Shown here piece by piece: positions 48,329 through 59,824 of a stretch of 64,000 bases of DNA (within the stretch, counting starts at the first letter, position 1; every line of letters begins with the position of its first letter). Origin of the DNA: Selaginella moellendorffii (lineage: Eukaryota; Plantae; Lycopodiophyta); assembly GCF_000143415.4 (NCBI RefSeq), contig NW_003314315.1:186001-250000 (forward strand), written 5' to 3'. The translations under genes and the position numbers were made by a program. The notes beneath the pieces were generated by a model, which was not told where the DNA came from, did not search any database, and saw nothing but the letters and a program-made list of their open reading frames with translations.

Positions 48329-50642
48329 ATGCAGCAGCCGGTAGAAGATTGCCAGAGGGGTTCTTCCATTCGCAGCGACAACACCTTCCAGAGCTCCAGT
48401 TCTCCAGCGCTCCCGATCCAGATGCAGCACCACGATTTCATGGGCCAAGGTACCCTGGAGCATCCCCACGGCTTCGTCGATCACCACTACCATCTCTCGC
48501 CAGGGATGATCAGCACAAGATACGGCGCTATTTCCAACTCCATGGTCGCCTCACTGCAGTCGCCATACAACTTTCAGCTATTAAGGAGAACGCTTCTTCC
48601 GGTAAGTGCCTTCGCAGAACAGCAGCGAGCACAAGTCTCTTCGTCTCCTCCTTCGCCGCTTCTCAGCGATTCTCACCGCCAGATCGATCAGACGAGCGCG
48701 CAGCAGCAGCAGCAGCACGGCACTACCAATTTGTCCACTCTCAAATCTTTACTGAGGCAGCCGCAAGAGAATAGCCACGACGATCATCTTCCTTCCATGG
48801 ATCAAAGCCACCACCAGAGCGCTATCGTCAATCATCAGTCGCTGACTTTGTCCATGAGTTCCGGCTCACAGTCGAGCAACACCGATTCGTCTTCCATCGC
48901 CGCCCACCACGATCACCAGCCGCTCGTGACCTTCCAGGACCAGGAGCTACCACCGCCGCCATCCTCGTCCGCCACCATCACCGCCATCAATCTTCCAAGG
49001 ACCACCGGTAGCAAGAAGAGGCTCGGCAAGAACAAGGCGCCCAACTTGCGCAAATCGATCGATACTTTCGGGCAGCGAACATCGGTCTTTCGGGGTGTGA
49101 CCAGGTAAAAGAGCGAGAAAGATGGGATAGTTTCACATTCTCTCTTTGTTCTCTCGGTTTGAGTTCTAAGTTGCTGGAACTGAAACACTGATCCAAATGT
49201 TTAAGCTAGGCATCGCTGGACTGGGCGTTTTGAGGCTCATCTCTGGGACAATACTTGCCGAAAGGAAGGACAGACGAGGAAAGGAAGACAAGGTACTGCT
49301 TAAAAGTTTTGAGAGTTTTTTTTCATGGTTTTTTTTCTCTCTTGGGTGATTTTTCCGTCCTTGGATCTGGATGGTGTTTTTGGTGTGGTACTTGATCCAT
49401 CCTCCAGTGTACTTAGGTGAGTAATCTATCGAATTTTTCTCGATTGTGGAGCTAAACTTTTGGTGGTTTTCTTTGCGTTTTGCGTAGGGGGATATGATGC
49501 GGAGGAGAAGGCAGCAAGAGCTTACGATCTGGCAGCTCTCAAGTACTGGGGGCCTACGACAACTACAAACTTTCCGGTAAGAACTAATGTGACAACGTAA
49601 GTTTTTTCTTTGCAAGCTCACAGATTTTCTGGTTGTGTTGAAGGCTGTGGAGTATCACTCCAAGTTAAATGAGATGAAGAGTATGAGCAGACAGGCATTT
49701 GTTGCTGCGCTCAGGAGGTGCGAAACTTTTTCCATTTTGCTTTGTGCGAGTTCTAAAGTTTTGGGTGTTCTAAAGTTTATATGTGGTGTTCTAAAGCTTG
49801 TATGTGACTTTGTGTTTGGAAAACAGGAAGAGCAGTGGCTTCGCGAGAGGTGCATCGAGGTTCAGGGGTGTAACAAGGTAATGCTCATGATCAATTCATA
49901 TATTTTTTCACTTCGGTCTTTTTTCCCAGGCATCACCAGCAAGGAAGATGGCAAGCTCGGATCGGACGAGTTGCCGGGAATAAAGATCTGTACCTCGGAA
50001 CTTTCAGTAAGTTTTCGATCGAAAGCTTTCAAGTTCGTAAATGTTTTCCTTTTTTCGATGAAAGGTACTGAAGAAGAAGCTGCCGAAGCTTACGACATCG
50101 CAGCCATCAAGTTCCGCGGTGCAAGCGCGGTGACAAACTTCGACATGAGTCACTACGACTTGAGGCGGATTTGCTCCAGCCCGAGCTTGCTACTGGGTGA
50201 CACCGCCAGGATCAAGCACAAGGAAGCTCCCGACGCAGCGAACGATCAGAGCGCCACCACAGCAGCTGACGAACCGATATGTGATGATGGAGGAGCTCTC
50301 GTAACTTCTTCCGTTCCTCAAGACTCTCTCGCTAATCAGGAGCACAACTATGCTGGTGCCGCGGGGCCGGGAGTTCTTCGCAACCTCATTGGACTGGACA
50401 CGTTCTCTTGTCAAGCTGATCATCCTGAAGCTCCCGATACGAGCTCCTCGGATGGTGGTGGTGGAGGTGGCGGAGTTCCAAGTTCCTCCGTAGCTCAGCA
50501 CGACGATCAGCTTTATACTCCGGCGCCGCCAGATTACAGCACCGGATCCCTGATGCCATCACCGCTGCAAACTCTGCACGCGATGAGGTCCACAATCCCG
50601 GCACACATGCCTTACTTCTCAGCCTGGAACGAGTCGGAGTGA
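48329..50642 (+). CDS. euANT/AINTEGUMENTA-like (AIL/PLT) double-AP2 transcription factor
   Basis: Pre-domain motifs LSTLKSLLR and [67 protein letters not shown]. Second AP2: [46 protein letters not shown]. 9-nt VYL micro-exon at 49408-49416. Confidence 0.93.
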
Positions 50643-51714
50643 TCGATCACATATGCAACCGATCATCAGGAGAAAGTTTATGGTGTGGAAAACAAAAAAT
50701 CAATTCACTCAATCTTCTTTTCTCGCTTGACGAGCTATCGTTGTATCGAAATTCTCAACACCACATCTCGAGAAAACCAAAAAACAGTAACGAATTTCGA
50801 TCGAGACCATGGAAAGCGTGCATCTAGTTAGTTGATAAGGCGACTCTTTCGTTTCCTCTCTCGCTGGAGAACTAAGTGTTTCTTAGTGTTCTAAACTAAC
50901 ACAGGCTTGTTCGTTCGTTTTGGCTCGATTGAATGCTAAAAAAGTGAGCTTGGATCGGTCGTCGTGCCGAGCGAGAGAGACAGATGGACACGAATGGCAG
51001 TACAATTCTGCTGTTCCTGCTTCTTCTGATCGCTTCATTCGTCGCTATTGTTGACCAAAAGAACCACACTCCATTTCTCTTTCATGTTTGTCACAGTCAC
51101 TGGAGAGAGGGCTTGAAAGATGGATGGATAGAAAACAGAGCTTTCCATAGCTAGCTTGTCTCATCTCCACCATGTTCTTAATTAATATTACCAAACATTA
51201 TTTATACTAATTTTAATGTTATCATAGAGTACAGTAATTTAATTACCATTATAAATAACTATTATTATATAAATAATAGAGAATATAAATTGGTGGTGGC
51301 AATTATGTAACGGTGTCAATGTCAACACCACAAAGGAGCCTCCTGAAAGCTACTGCTCGCCAAAGCTTTTGATTAAATGGCATAGTTTGGATCATAGGTG
51401 TAGCGATGTGTATGAGAGTAGTATATTCCCTAAGCTTAGCTGAGATTTTTTGGTGCATGATCGGGCTGATGATTTCATCCTTTTAAAAAATCGCAGCTTT
51501 ATACGATCTTTCGGACAGAAGCACTTGTTTAGAAGATTCCGTGTAGTATAGTCGCATTTTCTGGCTCTCTCTCTATCTCATATGTGCTCATGTGGATGCC
51601 CCACCCAGGGAAGGGATTTTAATCGAGAAAAATAACCTCTTGTCAACACCATGGACAAGAACGCGCAAACACACAACTCTATCACACCTCTTTGTGCGTG
51701 TGATTGAGCAAAGC

Positions 51715-52260
51715 CCCCGTGTCGCCACGTCGGCGCCCGCGTGGCACGGGCCCTGTACGAAATATCCCGGGATGGTGGCCATGGCCGCCGCCGGCTGGGG
51801 CGCGTGGGGGCCCGTACGGGCGACAAAGTAGTGGCCCGGTTCCCAACGCGCCTTGTAGATTCTGCCGCGAACGTCACGCACCAAAAGCCATACAAACCAG
51901 GTGAGATAATCAGGTTTTTTAGTTGGGCAATTAGCAGCAAAGTATGTGATTGCCGTACAGACAAAAGAGACACCAATAAGATCCCTGTCTGTCTGTTCCC
52001 TGCGCTGTGATGTGTTGCTTGTGGGTGTTGTTGCTCATGTCTCACTTATTGGCGGGTGTACGGACCTTGTCAACGCGGCCACCAAGTAAGTAGCGCCCAC
52101 CACACCGAACGTGATGACAATGCCACTCGAATATCACTAACCCATCATTCTTTGGTCTCAATCAAGGGCGACAAAAGAATATTTTTGTAAAAAGATAGAT
52201 GACGTGGCAGTAACGTGGACACACGTCATCTTTTGCAAACACGACGCATTGACACGTCAC
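51715..52260. promoter_or_regulatory. Dense cis-element cluster between two convergent 3' ends
   Basis: GCCACGT at 51724; GGGCCC/GTGGCCCG TCP-like sites at ~51748-51838; ACGTGGC at 52202, ACGTGG at 52213, ACACGTCA at 52221 and 52252; several TGTCNN. Confidence 0.35.
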
Positions 52261-55200
52261 CGCCCGGTCAGCTTGCCCAATAACACGTAAGCGGACTCGG
52301 CCACGTCACTGCTGCCGGGTGCTGCCAGCAGGGACCGCATTGCGAAGCTGGCGCGCTCAAAGTCACCCCATTTCTGACACGCGGACAGGACGGTAAACCA
52401 CGTCAGCGCAGTCGGGGGCAGTGACATGGTATGGACCACTGCCACGGCGGCGTCCAGCTGGTTGGCCCGCCCGAGCGCGTCAACCACGCAGTGGTAGTGC
52501 TCCATGCCAGCTCGGATTCCATACACGCGCGGCATTGCGTCGAGGTAGCGCCGGGCTTTGTCCCAGAGCCCCGCGTGGCTGCAAGCCGTGAGAAGCGACA
52601 CCAAAGTTACACCATTTACCTCCAAGTTCTCGTCTCGCATTTGATGGAACGAGGAGAAAACCATCGCGATGGAACTTTGGTGACTATATCCCGCGATCAA
52701 ACAGTTCCAAGTCACGGTGTCTCTCGTCGCAAGAGCATCAAAGACGAGCTGGGCGTGGATCATGCTCCCGCATTTGCCAAGAACATCCACAGCAGAGTTA
52801 GCGACGGTGTGGAAGTTTTCAGCTCCATACCTGACCATCACGGCGAAGATCTCCCTGGCGGCGTCCATGGAGGCCATGTTTCCACACGCCTTTAGCACCG
52901 GGATGAAAGTTCCAGCGTCCGGTTGACAGCTACCTCGAGCTCGCATCGCAGAGAACGCTTCCAAGGCGAGCTTCTCCTCGCAGTTTTCGACGTAGCCGAG
53001 TAGCAGCGTGTTCCACAGCACCACGTCTCGGTCGGAAGCGGCGATGCTGTCGAAAACCTTACGAGCATCTGTGAGGCTCCGGCACTTCGCGTACATGTTG
53101 ACAAGCGTGCCTGTGATCACTCCTACGGAGCCATAGCCATTCTCCACGACTGCCGAGTGAATGGCCTTGCCTTTGTCCAAACTTTCGACTTTGACAAGCT
53201 TCCCATCGACTGGTTTTCCTTCTTCTTTTGCAGCTTGAGCGGTACAGGCCTTGAGAGCAGCGATGAAGGTCTGAGCATTCGGCTTACAACCTTCCAAGGC
53301 GGCGGCTAATAACTCCAAAGCCAGCTTTTCTTCCCCGTTCTCAACATAGCCGAGCATCAACGCGTTGAGCGAGAGAACGTTATAGCGAGGCGTTTTCTCG
53401 AAGACTCGAAGAGAATCGACCAAGCTTCCACATTTTGCGTAGCATTCGATCAGGCTGCTCGCCAGAAAAACGTCCGAGCCACAGCCAAGCTCCGCCGACT
53501 GGCGATGCAAGGCCAGAGCTTTGTCCAGTGACTCGAGCTTATAAAGCTTCCCATCAACCTGTGTCCCAGTCTCTTTCGCGGCCAAAGCTGTGCACGCTTT
53601 CAATCCAGCGCTGTAAGTTCGCACGTCCGGTGCAAACTGCATGGACGATATAAGTTCCAAAGCTAAGCCTTCCTCCCCGGCTTTCGTATAGCCCAGTAAA
53701 AGCGAGTTCCATGCTACGACGTTCCTGTTTTCCATGCCGTTGAAAACTCTCCAAGCATCCACCAGGTTCCAGCACTTGACGTACATATCGACCAGAGTGT
53801 TTGCCACGAAAACATCTGAATCCATTTCACACTTGGAAGCTTGACGATGGATAGCCGATCCTTTCTCTAAAGCCCGAGCTTTCACCAGCCTTCCATCAAC
53901 CTCCTTGGTAACCTCTTCTTTCACCGCTAGATTGGCGCAAGCCTTCAGAGAAGCGACGAAAGTTTGAGCATCTCCTTCAGCTGGCATAGTGTCTAGCAGA
54001 TCCAAAACCGCTGCTTCTTCCCAGTTCTCAACGTAGCCGAGTAACAAGGCCGTCCAGAGTGCCGCATTATGAGCGGGAAGCTTGTCGTAAACCCTGCGTG
54101 AATCCTTCATGCTCCCACATTTTGCGTACGTATCGATCAGCGTGGTCGCCAAGAAAACGTCGAGCTCAAATCCAGCATTTGCAGCTTCGAGATGGATGCT
54201 CATGGATCTTTCCAAAACCTTTCCCGCAGAGCCATCTTGCTGCCGAGGCTCTTCTTTGAGTGCCAGGAGAGAACAAGCCTTGAGTGCCGCAACGTAAGTT
54301 CGAGAGTCCCGGCAATTCTCCGCAACGCTTGCAAATAACTCAAGTGCTGTAGCTTCCTCCCCGTTGTCCACATATCCCAGGATTAAAGAGTTCCACACAA
54401 CGGTGTCTTGCTTGTGCATGCCGTTGAAAACTTCTCGAGCATTGTCCATGTTTCCACACTTCACGTACGCATCAACCAGTGCGCCGAGCAGAAAGATATC
54501 CGAGTCCATCCCACCGTTCTTCGTGCGAGAATGAATATCCATGACAGTATCCAGAGTCGCCGTCTTCACACACTTCCCATCAGCTTTTTCTTTTGCTGCA
54601 CGCCCACTGCAGGCTTTCAGTGCAGCTACGAAAGTCCAGACGTTCGGCGGACAGCCTTGGCTCGGCATGCGGGAGAACAAATCCAAAGCCAGATTCTCAC
54701 AGTCGTTCTCTGCGTACCCGAGTATCAGCGCTGTCCAGGATACCACCGTGTGAAGCGGCATAGTATCGAACACTTTCCGAGCGTCCTCCATGCTCACACA
54801 CTTCGCATATGCGTCCACTAAAGCGCTAGCAACGAAGATGTCAGTGTCGCAGCCAGCTTTTTGTGCCTGAGTGTGGATTCCCATGACTTTTTCCAGCGAG
54901 CAAACTCTGACGAGCTTTCCCTGGACCTGCTTTCCGCCTTCTTTTCCTGCGAGACCGCTGGAAGCCTTTAGAGCGGCAACGAAACTCCGACCATCTCGGA
55001 CGTGGCCCACAGTGCCCATGCGGGAGAATAAATCCAGTGCCTGCTCTTCGTCCTTGTTTTCCACATATCCCAACATCAGAGAATTCCAGGAGACCGGGCA
55101 GTGACTTGAAACCATGTCGAAGACCACGCAAGCATGGTACAGACTCCCACACTTTAGGTACATGTCGACCAGCGTGCTCGCAACAAAACCTTCGCTTTCG

Positions 55201-56175
55201 TACCCGAGCTTGGATGCTCTAGCGTGTATCGCCATGCCAATCCGTAATGCCTCCTGTTCTTCTTTTTTTTTCGCCAAAGCGCTGCAAGCTTTAAGCGCCC
55301 CCACAAAACTTCGAGCGTTTGGTCGGCATCCTCCTTCTGCTTCCATCCGGGAGAATAACTCAAGAGCTCTCCTTTCTTCCCCATTGTCGACGTACCCCAG
55401 CATCAAAGCGTTCCAGCAAACTTCATCACGCTGTAGAGCTTTGGAGAAAACCCCATCGCTGTCCAACATGCTTCCACACTTCGCAAACATGTCGATGAAG
55501 GAGCTCGCTACGAAAACTTCCGAGTCGCATCCCACCTTTGCAGCTTGGGCATGAATCTCTCGCCCGACCTCCAAAGCCGCCACCTTCAAGACCTTCGTTC
55601 CAATCTTCCTCCCAGCTTCTTTCACCGCCAAACCGGAGCAAGCTTTACCAGCAGCAGCAAAAGTTCGAGCATTCGGTCCAGGGCCTTCGCGTTGGATGCG
55701 GCTAAAGAGCTCCAGTGCCAGTTCTTCCTCTCCATTCTCGGCATAGCCCAGCATCAAAGCGTTCCACGAAACCACGCTGCGAGTCTGGATACCATGGAAA
55801 ACATTGGCCGCCTCTTCCATGAGCCGGCACTTCGCGTACATGCTGATCAGCGTGTTGGCCACGAAGATGTTTGCGTCGATTTCTCCTTGAGCGGCATCGC
55901 TGTGGATTTTTCTCCCGATCTCTGAGTCTTTGAGCTTGCTGCATGCTTGTAGTGCCGAAAGAGAAACACCGATGTTTGATCGGAGTGCCTCCGGAGAATG
56001 GCTGTGGCGTCCCCATTGCTCGAAAGAAGAACACAAATCGATAGCTGCTAAACTGTGGATGATCTGCGTGGCGAGAAAGAAGAAAATGTGATCGATCGAT
56101 TGCTAGATCAGCTAGTACCTGCGATCTTGCGCTGGAAACCAATGCCGCATTGCAGCGCCTCGAGGCGCTTCGCAT
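52257..56175 (-). CDS. Large PLS-class PPR protein (~1290 aa) with insertion-bearing L motifs, E domain, no DYW
   Basis: A 1259-codon ORF plus a proposed first exon 56119-56175 (MRSASRRCNAALVSSARSQ, presequence-like), joined in frame by a 55-nt GT-AG intron at 56064-56118. Repeated P-L-S triplets, ending HYHCVVDALGRANQL..WFTVLSACQKWGD. Confidence 0.88.
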
Positions 56176-56244
56176 CCCATTGCCCTAACGCAACGAAGAG
56201 AAATATTTTAGGGTTCTTGGAGAAATGCTCAAAGTGATCGAGCA

Positions 56245-57999
56245 ATGGATCTTTCGCCCGGCGATGGGCATCGAGGTACGCTCCCAGTGGAATCGCAGTC
56301 GCGCATCTTCGGATCGCCAGAGAAGCACGCTCTGGCCGTGATTTCTGGATTGAAGGCGTGCATTCGATCCAAGAATGCCGAGCAAGGGCGGAGAATCCAC
56401 GCCGACGCAGCAGCGCGTGGAATCGGCTCGAATATCTTCGTGGCCAGCACGCTGATCAACATGTACTGCAAGTGTGGCAGCCTGATCGATGCTCGCCGGG
56501 TCTTCGACGCCGTGAAATCCCGCAGCGTCGTCCCTTGGAACGTGATGATACTGGGATACGCAGAGAATGGAGATGGAGCTCTAGCTTTGGATTTTCTCGC
56601 CACGATGGACCTCCAGGGGTTTTCCCCGGATTCCCAGACGATAGTGGCTGCTCTCAAGGCGTGCGGTAGCTTGGTTTCGCAAGAACAAGGCAGGGAGATT
56701 GGTGGAAGGACTGTGAAGCTGGCTACTCTGGAGAAAGCTTTCGCGATTCACTCTCGAGCCAGGGGATTGATCAAGAACAGTTTTGTGGCGAGCAGCTTGG
56801 TGGATCTCTACGCGAAATGCGGAAGCATGGAGGACGCAGAGAGAGCTTTCGAGGGGATGGACTTTCGAGACGTGGTTTCGTGGAACGCATTGATGCTCGG
56901 CTATGCCGAGAACGGTGAAGAAGAGCTGGCGATGGAAGTCTTGAGAGCTATGGAGCTCCAGGGATGCCAGGCAAACTCCCGGAGCTTTGTGGCGGCTCTC
57001 AAGGCTTGCAGCGGATTGGGAGAGAAGGAAGCTGGGATAGAACTCGATGGAGTGATCGTCAAGGTGAGCTCCATCGAGAAAGGAATGGCTTTGCACTCGC
57101 GAGCAGCGAAGATTGGCAGTGACAGGGATAAGTTCGTGGCCAGCGCTGCGATGGACATGTACGTGAAGTGTGGGAGCATGGCGGATGCGCAGAGAGCTTT
57201 CGATCGGATGGCTTCTCGCGACGTCGTCTCGTGGAACGCTTTGATCCTCGGCTACGCAGAGACCAACGATCGCGAAAGATCTCTGGAGCTCCTCCAGCTG
57301 ATGATCCAAAATGGTGGCTGCGACCCAAACTCCCGGACGTTTCTAGCCGCTCTAAAGGCCTGCCGGAGCTCTCAAGCGCTCGCCTCGACGAAAGTGATCC
57401 ACGGCCTTGCGGCGAGACGCGGTTCTTCCGAGAAAGATGGAGTTCTCGCAAACTCGCTCGTCGACGTCTATGGAAAATGTGGCAGCTTGCTCGACGCGCA
57501 CCAGGTATTCGATTCACTCCATTCTAGTGACTCCATAACTTGGACCTCGCTTCTCGCAGGATACGCTCGCAAAGGCGACAGCCAGCGAGTCTTCGAGCTC
57601 TTTCGATCCATGCGAGACGAAGCCATCGAACCAAACAGCGCCACTTTCGTGTGCCTCCTCACGGCTTGCAGCCACAGCGGCGCAGTGGATCGATCGAAGC
57701 AGCTGCTCGAATCGATGCTGTCCAGCCATGGAATTCGCCCAAAGATCGAGCACTACATTTGCGTGATCGACTGCTTGAGCCGGGCCGGGAAGCTGGAAGA
57801 AGCGCTGCGCGTGGCTTATGACATGCCTTACGTGGCGGACGACGTGGCGTGGATGACGGTGCTCGGCGGCGCATGTCATAACGGCGGGGCGGCGTGGGCG
57901 GGCGGTCGCGCGTTCGAATCCGCGTTGGTGCTGGGCCACGGGTCGCTGGCTCCGTACGCGCTTATGGCCAACATTCTGGAGGGCGAGGGCGTACGGTAG
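56245..57999 (+). CDS. PLS-class PPR protein, 584 aa, same insertion-bearing family, E domain, no DYW
   Basis: FVASTLINMYCKCG..WNALMLGYAENG..FVAALKAC repeats; TFVCLLTACSHSG..EHYICVIDCLSRAG..APYALMANI. Confidence 0.9.
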   Translation: MDLSPGDGHRGTLPVESQSRIFGSPEKHALAVISGLKACIRSKNAEQGRRIHADAAARGIGSNIFVASTLINMYCKCGSLIDARRVFDAVKSRSVVPWNVMILGYAENGDGALALDFLATMDLQGFSPDSQTIVAALKACGSLVSQEQGREIGGRTVKLATLEKAFAIHSRARGLIKNSFVASSLVDLYAKCGSMEDAERAFEGMDFRDVVSWNALMLGYAENGEEELAMEVLRAMELQGCQANSRSFVAALKACSGLGEKEAGIELDGVIVKVSSIEKGMALHSRAAKIGSDRDKFVASAAMDMYVKCGSMADAQRAFDRMASRDVVSWNALILGYAETNDRERSLELLQLMIQNGGCDPNSRTFLAALKACRSSQALASTKVIHGLAARRGSSEKDGVLANSLVDVYGKCGSLLDAHQVFDSLHSSDSITWTSLLAGYARKGDSQRVFELFRSMRDEAIEPNSATFVCLLTACSHSGAVDRSKQLLESMLSSHGIRPKIEHYICVIDCLSRAGKLEEALRVAYDMPYVADDVAWMTVLGGACHNGGAAWAGGRAFESALVLGHGSLAPYALMANILEGEGVR

Positions 58000-58417
58000 G
58001 GCTTAATATCCCCGTCGCCGTGAGAAGCACTTGAACGTTTCCCAGGGAGGAGACGCAACGTTTACGGGCTACCGCCGGTGGCCTCGCGCGATCGATCAGT
58101 GGCGCCGCGGCGCCGCCGCGCTGCCTGGTCAATCCTCCGGATCTGCGACGAGCGGGCATCGATCTGAGCAGCAGCGCCGGGGATCTTGGAGCCGCGGGAT
58201 TTCCAGGTGCTTGTTCTTGCAATTAGGGTAGAGATTGTTGGAAATAATCCCCCTTCTCTTCGTGGATCTTGGCGCAGATGCGAGCGAGCGAGCGAGCTAG
58301 AGGAGCTTGCGCTCTAGGCGCCGCGCGGCCAGCGAGGGCATTTTCATTCTTGCCTTGTCGGTGAAGCGAACCTCTTGCCGACTGAGGAGGGAAGGAAGAA
58401 CAACGCGAAAAAAGAGG

Positions 58418-59824
58418 ATGCCTAAGGATGTCAGCAATCGATCGTCACGAAAATCTCGCGCGCCACACTACCATCCTTACCAGAGCTCCTCCAAAGAGTG
58501 TGGCGACGAGGCTCTAGTCTCGAAAGAATGGGAGGACGCGACATGCCCGATTTGCATGGAGATCCCACACAACGCAGTGCTACTCCTTTGCAGCTCCCAC
58601 GACAATGGATGCCGGCCTTACATGTGTGACACGAGCTATCGCCACTCGAATTGCCTGGACCAGTACAAGAAGCTCTCGGGGAGAGGCGGCGGGCAGTGTA
58701 GCAGCCGAGGCGAGGAGGTGATCCACGAGCCACTCTCGTCGGCCGCTGCTGGAGGACCGTCCAGCGCTAGAACTCGCGAGCGATCGGCCGTGAGGATGAG
58801 ACCTCTCCGGGAGCTCTTGCTCATAGGTGACAGCAACAGTAGCAGCAGCTCTAGACGAGGTGGTGGAAACAGTGGTGGTGGAAACGGTGGTCGCGATGGG
58901 TCTGGGACTCCGGGGCGAGCTCTCAGAGGAGTTCCGGGTGTAGGGGTTGTAGAGGAGGAGGCCGAGGCGGAGGTGGCCGACTTCCAGGAGCAGCCCGAGG
59001 CGAGGGAAGCGTCCGAGGAGCAGCCGGAAGTAAGGGGCAGCTGCAGTGGAATGGGGGAGTCACTCGACTTGATGTGTCCTCTGTGTAGAGGCAAAGTTGT
59101 GGGGTGGAAGGTGGTGGAGCCGGCTCGGCGGCATCTAAACTGCAAGTCGAGGAACTGCGCACAGGAGTCGTGTGGATTCACCGGGAGCTACGACGAGCTG
59201 CGGAAGCACGCTCGGTGTGTGCACCCGTTTGCTCGGCCCTCGGACGTGGATCCGGCCCGGCAGAGGGACTGGAGGCACCTGGAACGCGAGCGGGACATAG
59301 GGGACGTGTTGAGCACCATCCAGTCGGCCATGCCCGGAGCTCGGATCCTGGGTGACTACGTGATCGACGAGGACAACGATGACCAGGAAGATGAGGGTGA
59401 TGACAATGATTTTCCTGGCGACGATGGTAATTGGTGGACAGTCTTTTTGCTTTTTCAAGTGTTTGGTCCTGTAGCAGCGACTGGAGCGACTGCAGGTGGT
59501 AGTAGCATCCCAAGCAGGCTTAGAGGACTTTCGTCCAGGGTGGTGGCGGCGGCCGCGGCGTCGTCGGCTGCCCCGAGGGAAGCTTTGTGGGGGGAGGATA
59601 TCCAAATGAACCGTGTTGTTGGCGGTGACGAGGGAAGAACAGGGACTGTGACTAGTTCTTCGTCTGGAAGCGGTGGTGGAGCTAGCTCGAACTCCACTGC
59701 TGCTGCTGCTGCTGGTGAGAATGGAGGAGAGATTGTTGGGCCTTTGACAACTCGGAGACGACGAACCAGGCACCACCATCAGCACCAGCAGCACCATCAC
59801 CAGCGGCAGCAGCACCAGCAGTGA
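58418..59824 (+). CDS. DUF1644 family zinc-finger-like protein, 468 aa
   Basis: WEDATCPICMEIPHNAVLLLCSSHDNGCRPYMCDTSYRHSNCLDQY..CPLCRGKVVGWKVVEPARRHLN.K.R.C.QE.C.F.G.Y.ELRKHAR..HP..RPSDVDP. First in-frame ATG is at 58418. Confidence 0.92.
   Translation: MPKDVSNRSSRKSRAPHYHPYQSSSKECGDEALVSKEWEDATCPICMEIPHNAVLLLCSSHDNGCRPYMCDTSYRHSNCLDQYKKLSGRGGGQCSSRGEEVIHEPLSSAAAGGPSSARTRERSAVRMRPLRELLLIGDSNSSSSSRRGGGNSGGGNGGRDGSGTPGRALRGVPGVGVVEEEAEAEVADFQEQPEAREASEEQPEVRGSCSGMGESLDLMCPLCRGKVVGWKVVEPARRHLNCKSRNCAQESCGFTGSYDELRKHARCVHPFARPSDVDPARQRDWRHLERERDIGDVLSTIQSAMPGARILGDYVIDEDNDDQEDEGDDNDFPGDDGNWWTVFLLFQVFGPVAATGATAGGSSIPSRLRGLSSRVVAAAAASSAAPREALWGEDIQMNRVVGGDEGRTGTVTSSSSGSGGGASSNSTAAAAAGENGGEIVGPLTTRRRRTRHHHQHQQHHHQRQQHQQ

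Noticed and set aside
51560-51720. miR156/529- or miR171-like precursor (ctctctctctatc, tgattgagc)
   Set aside because: Only short partial matches, with no complementary arm found.
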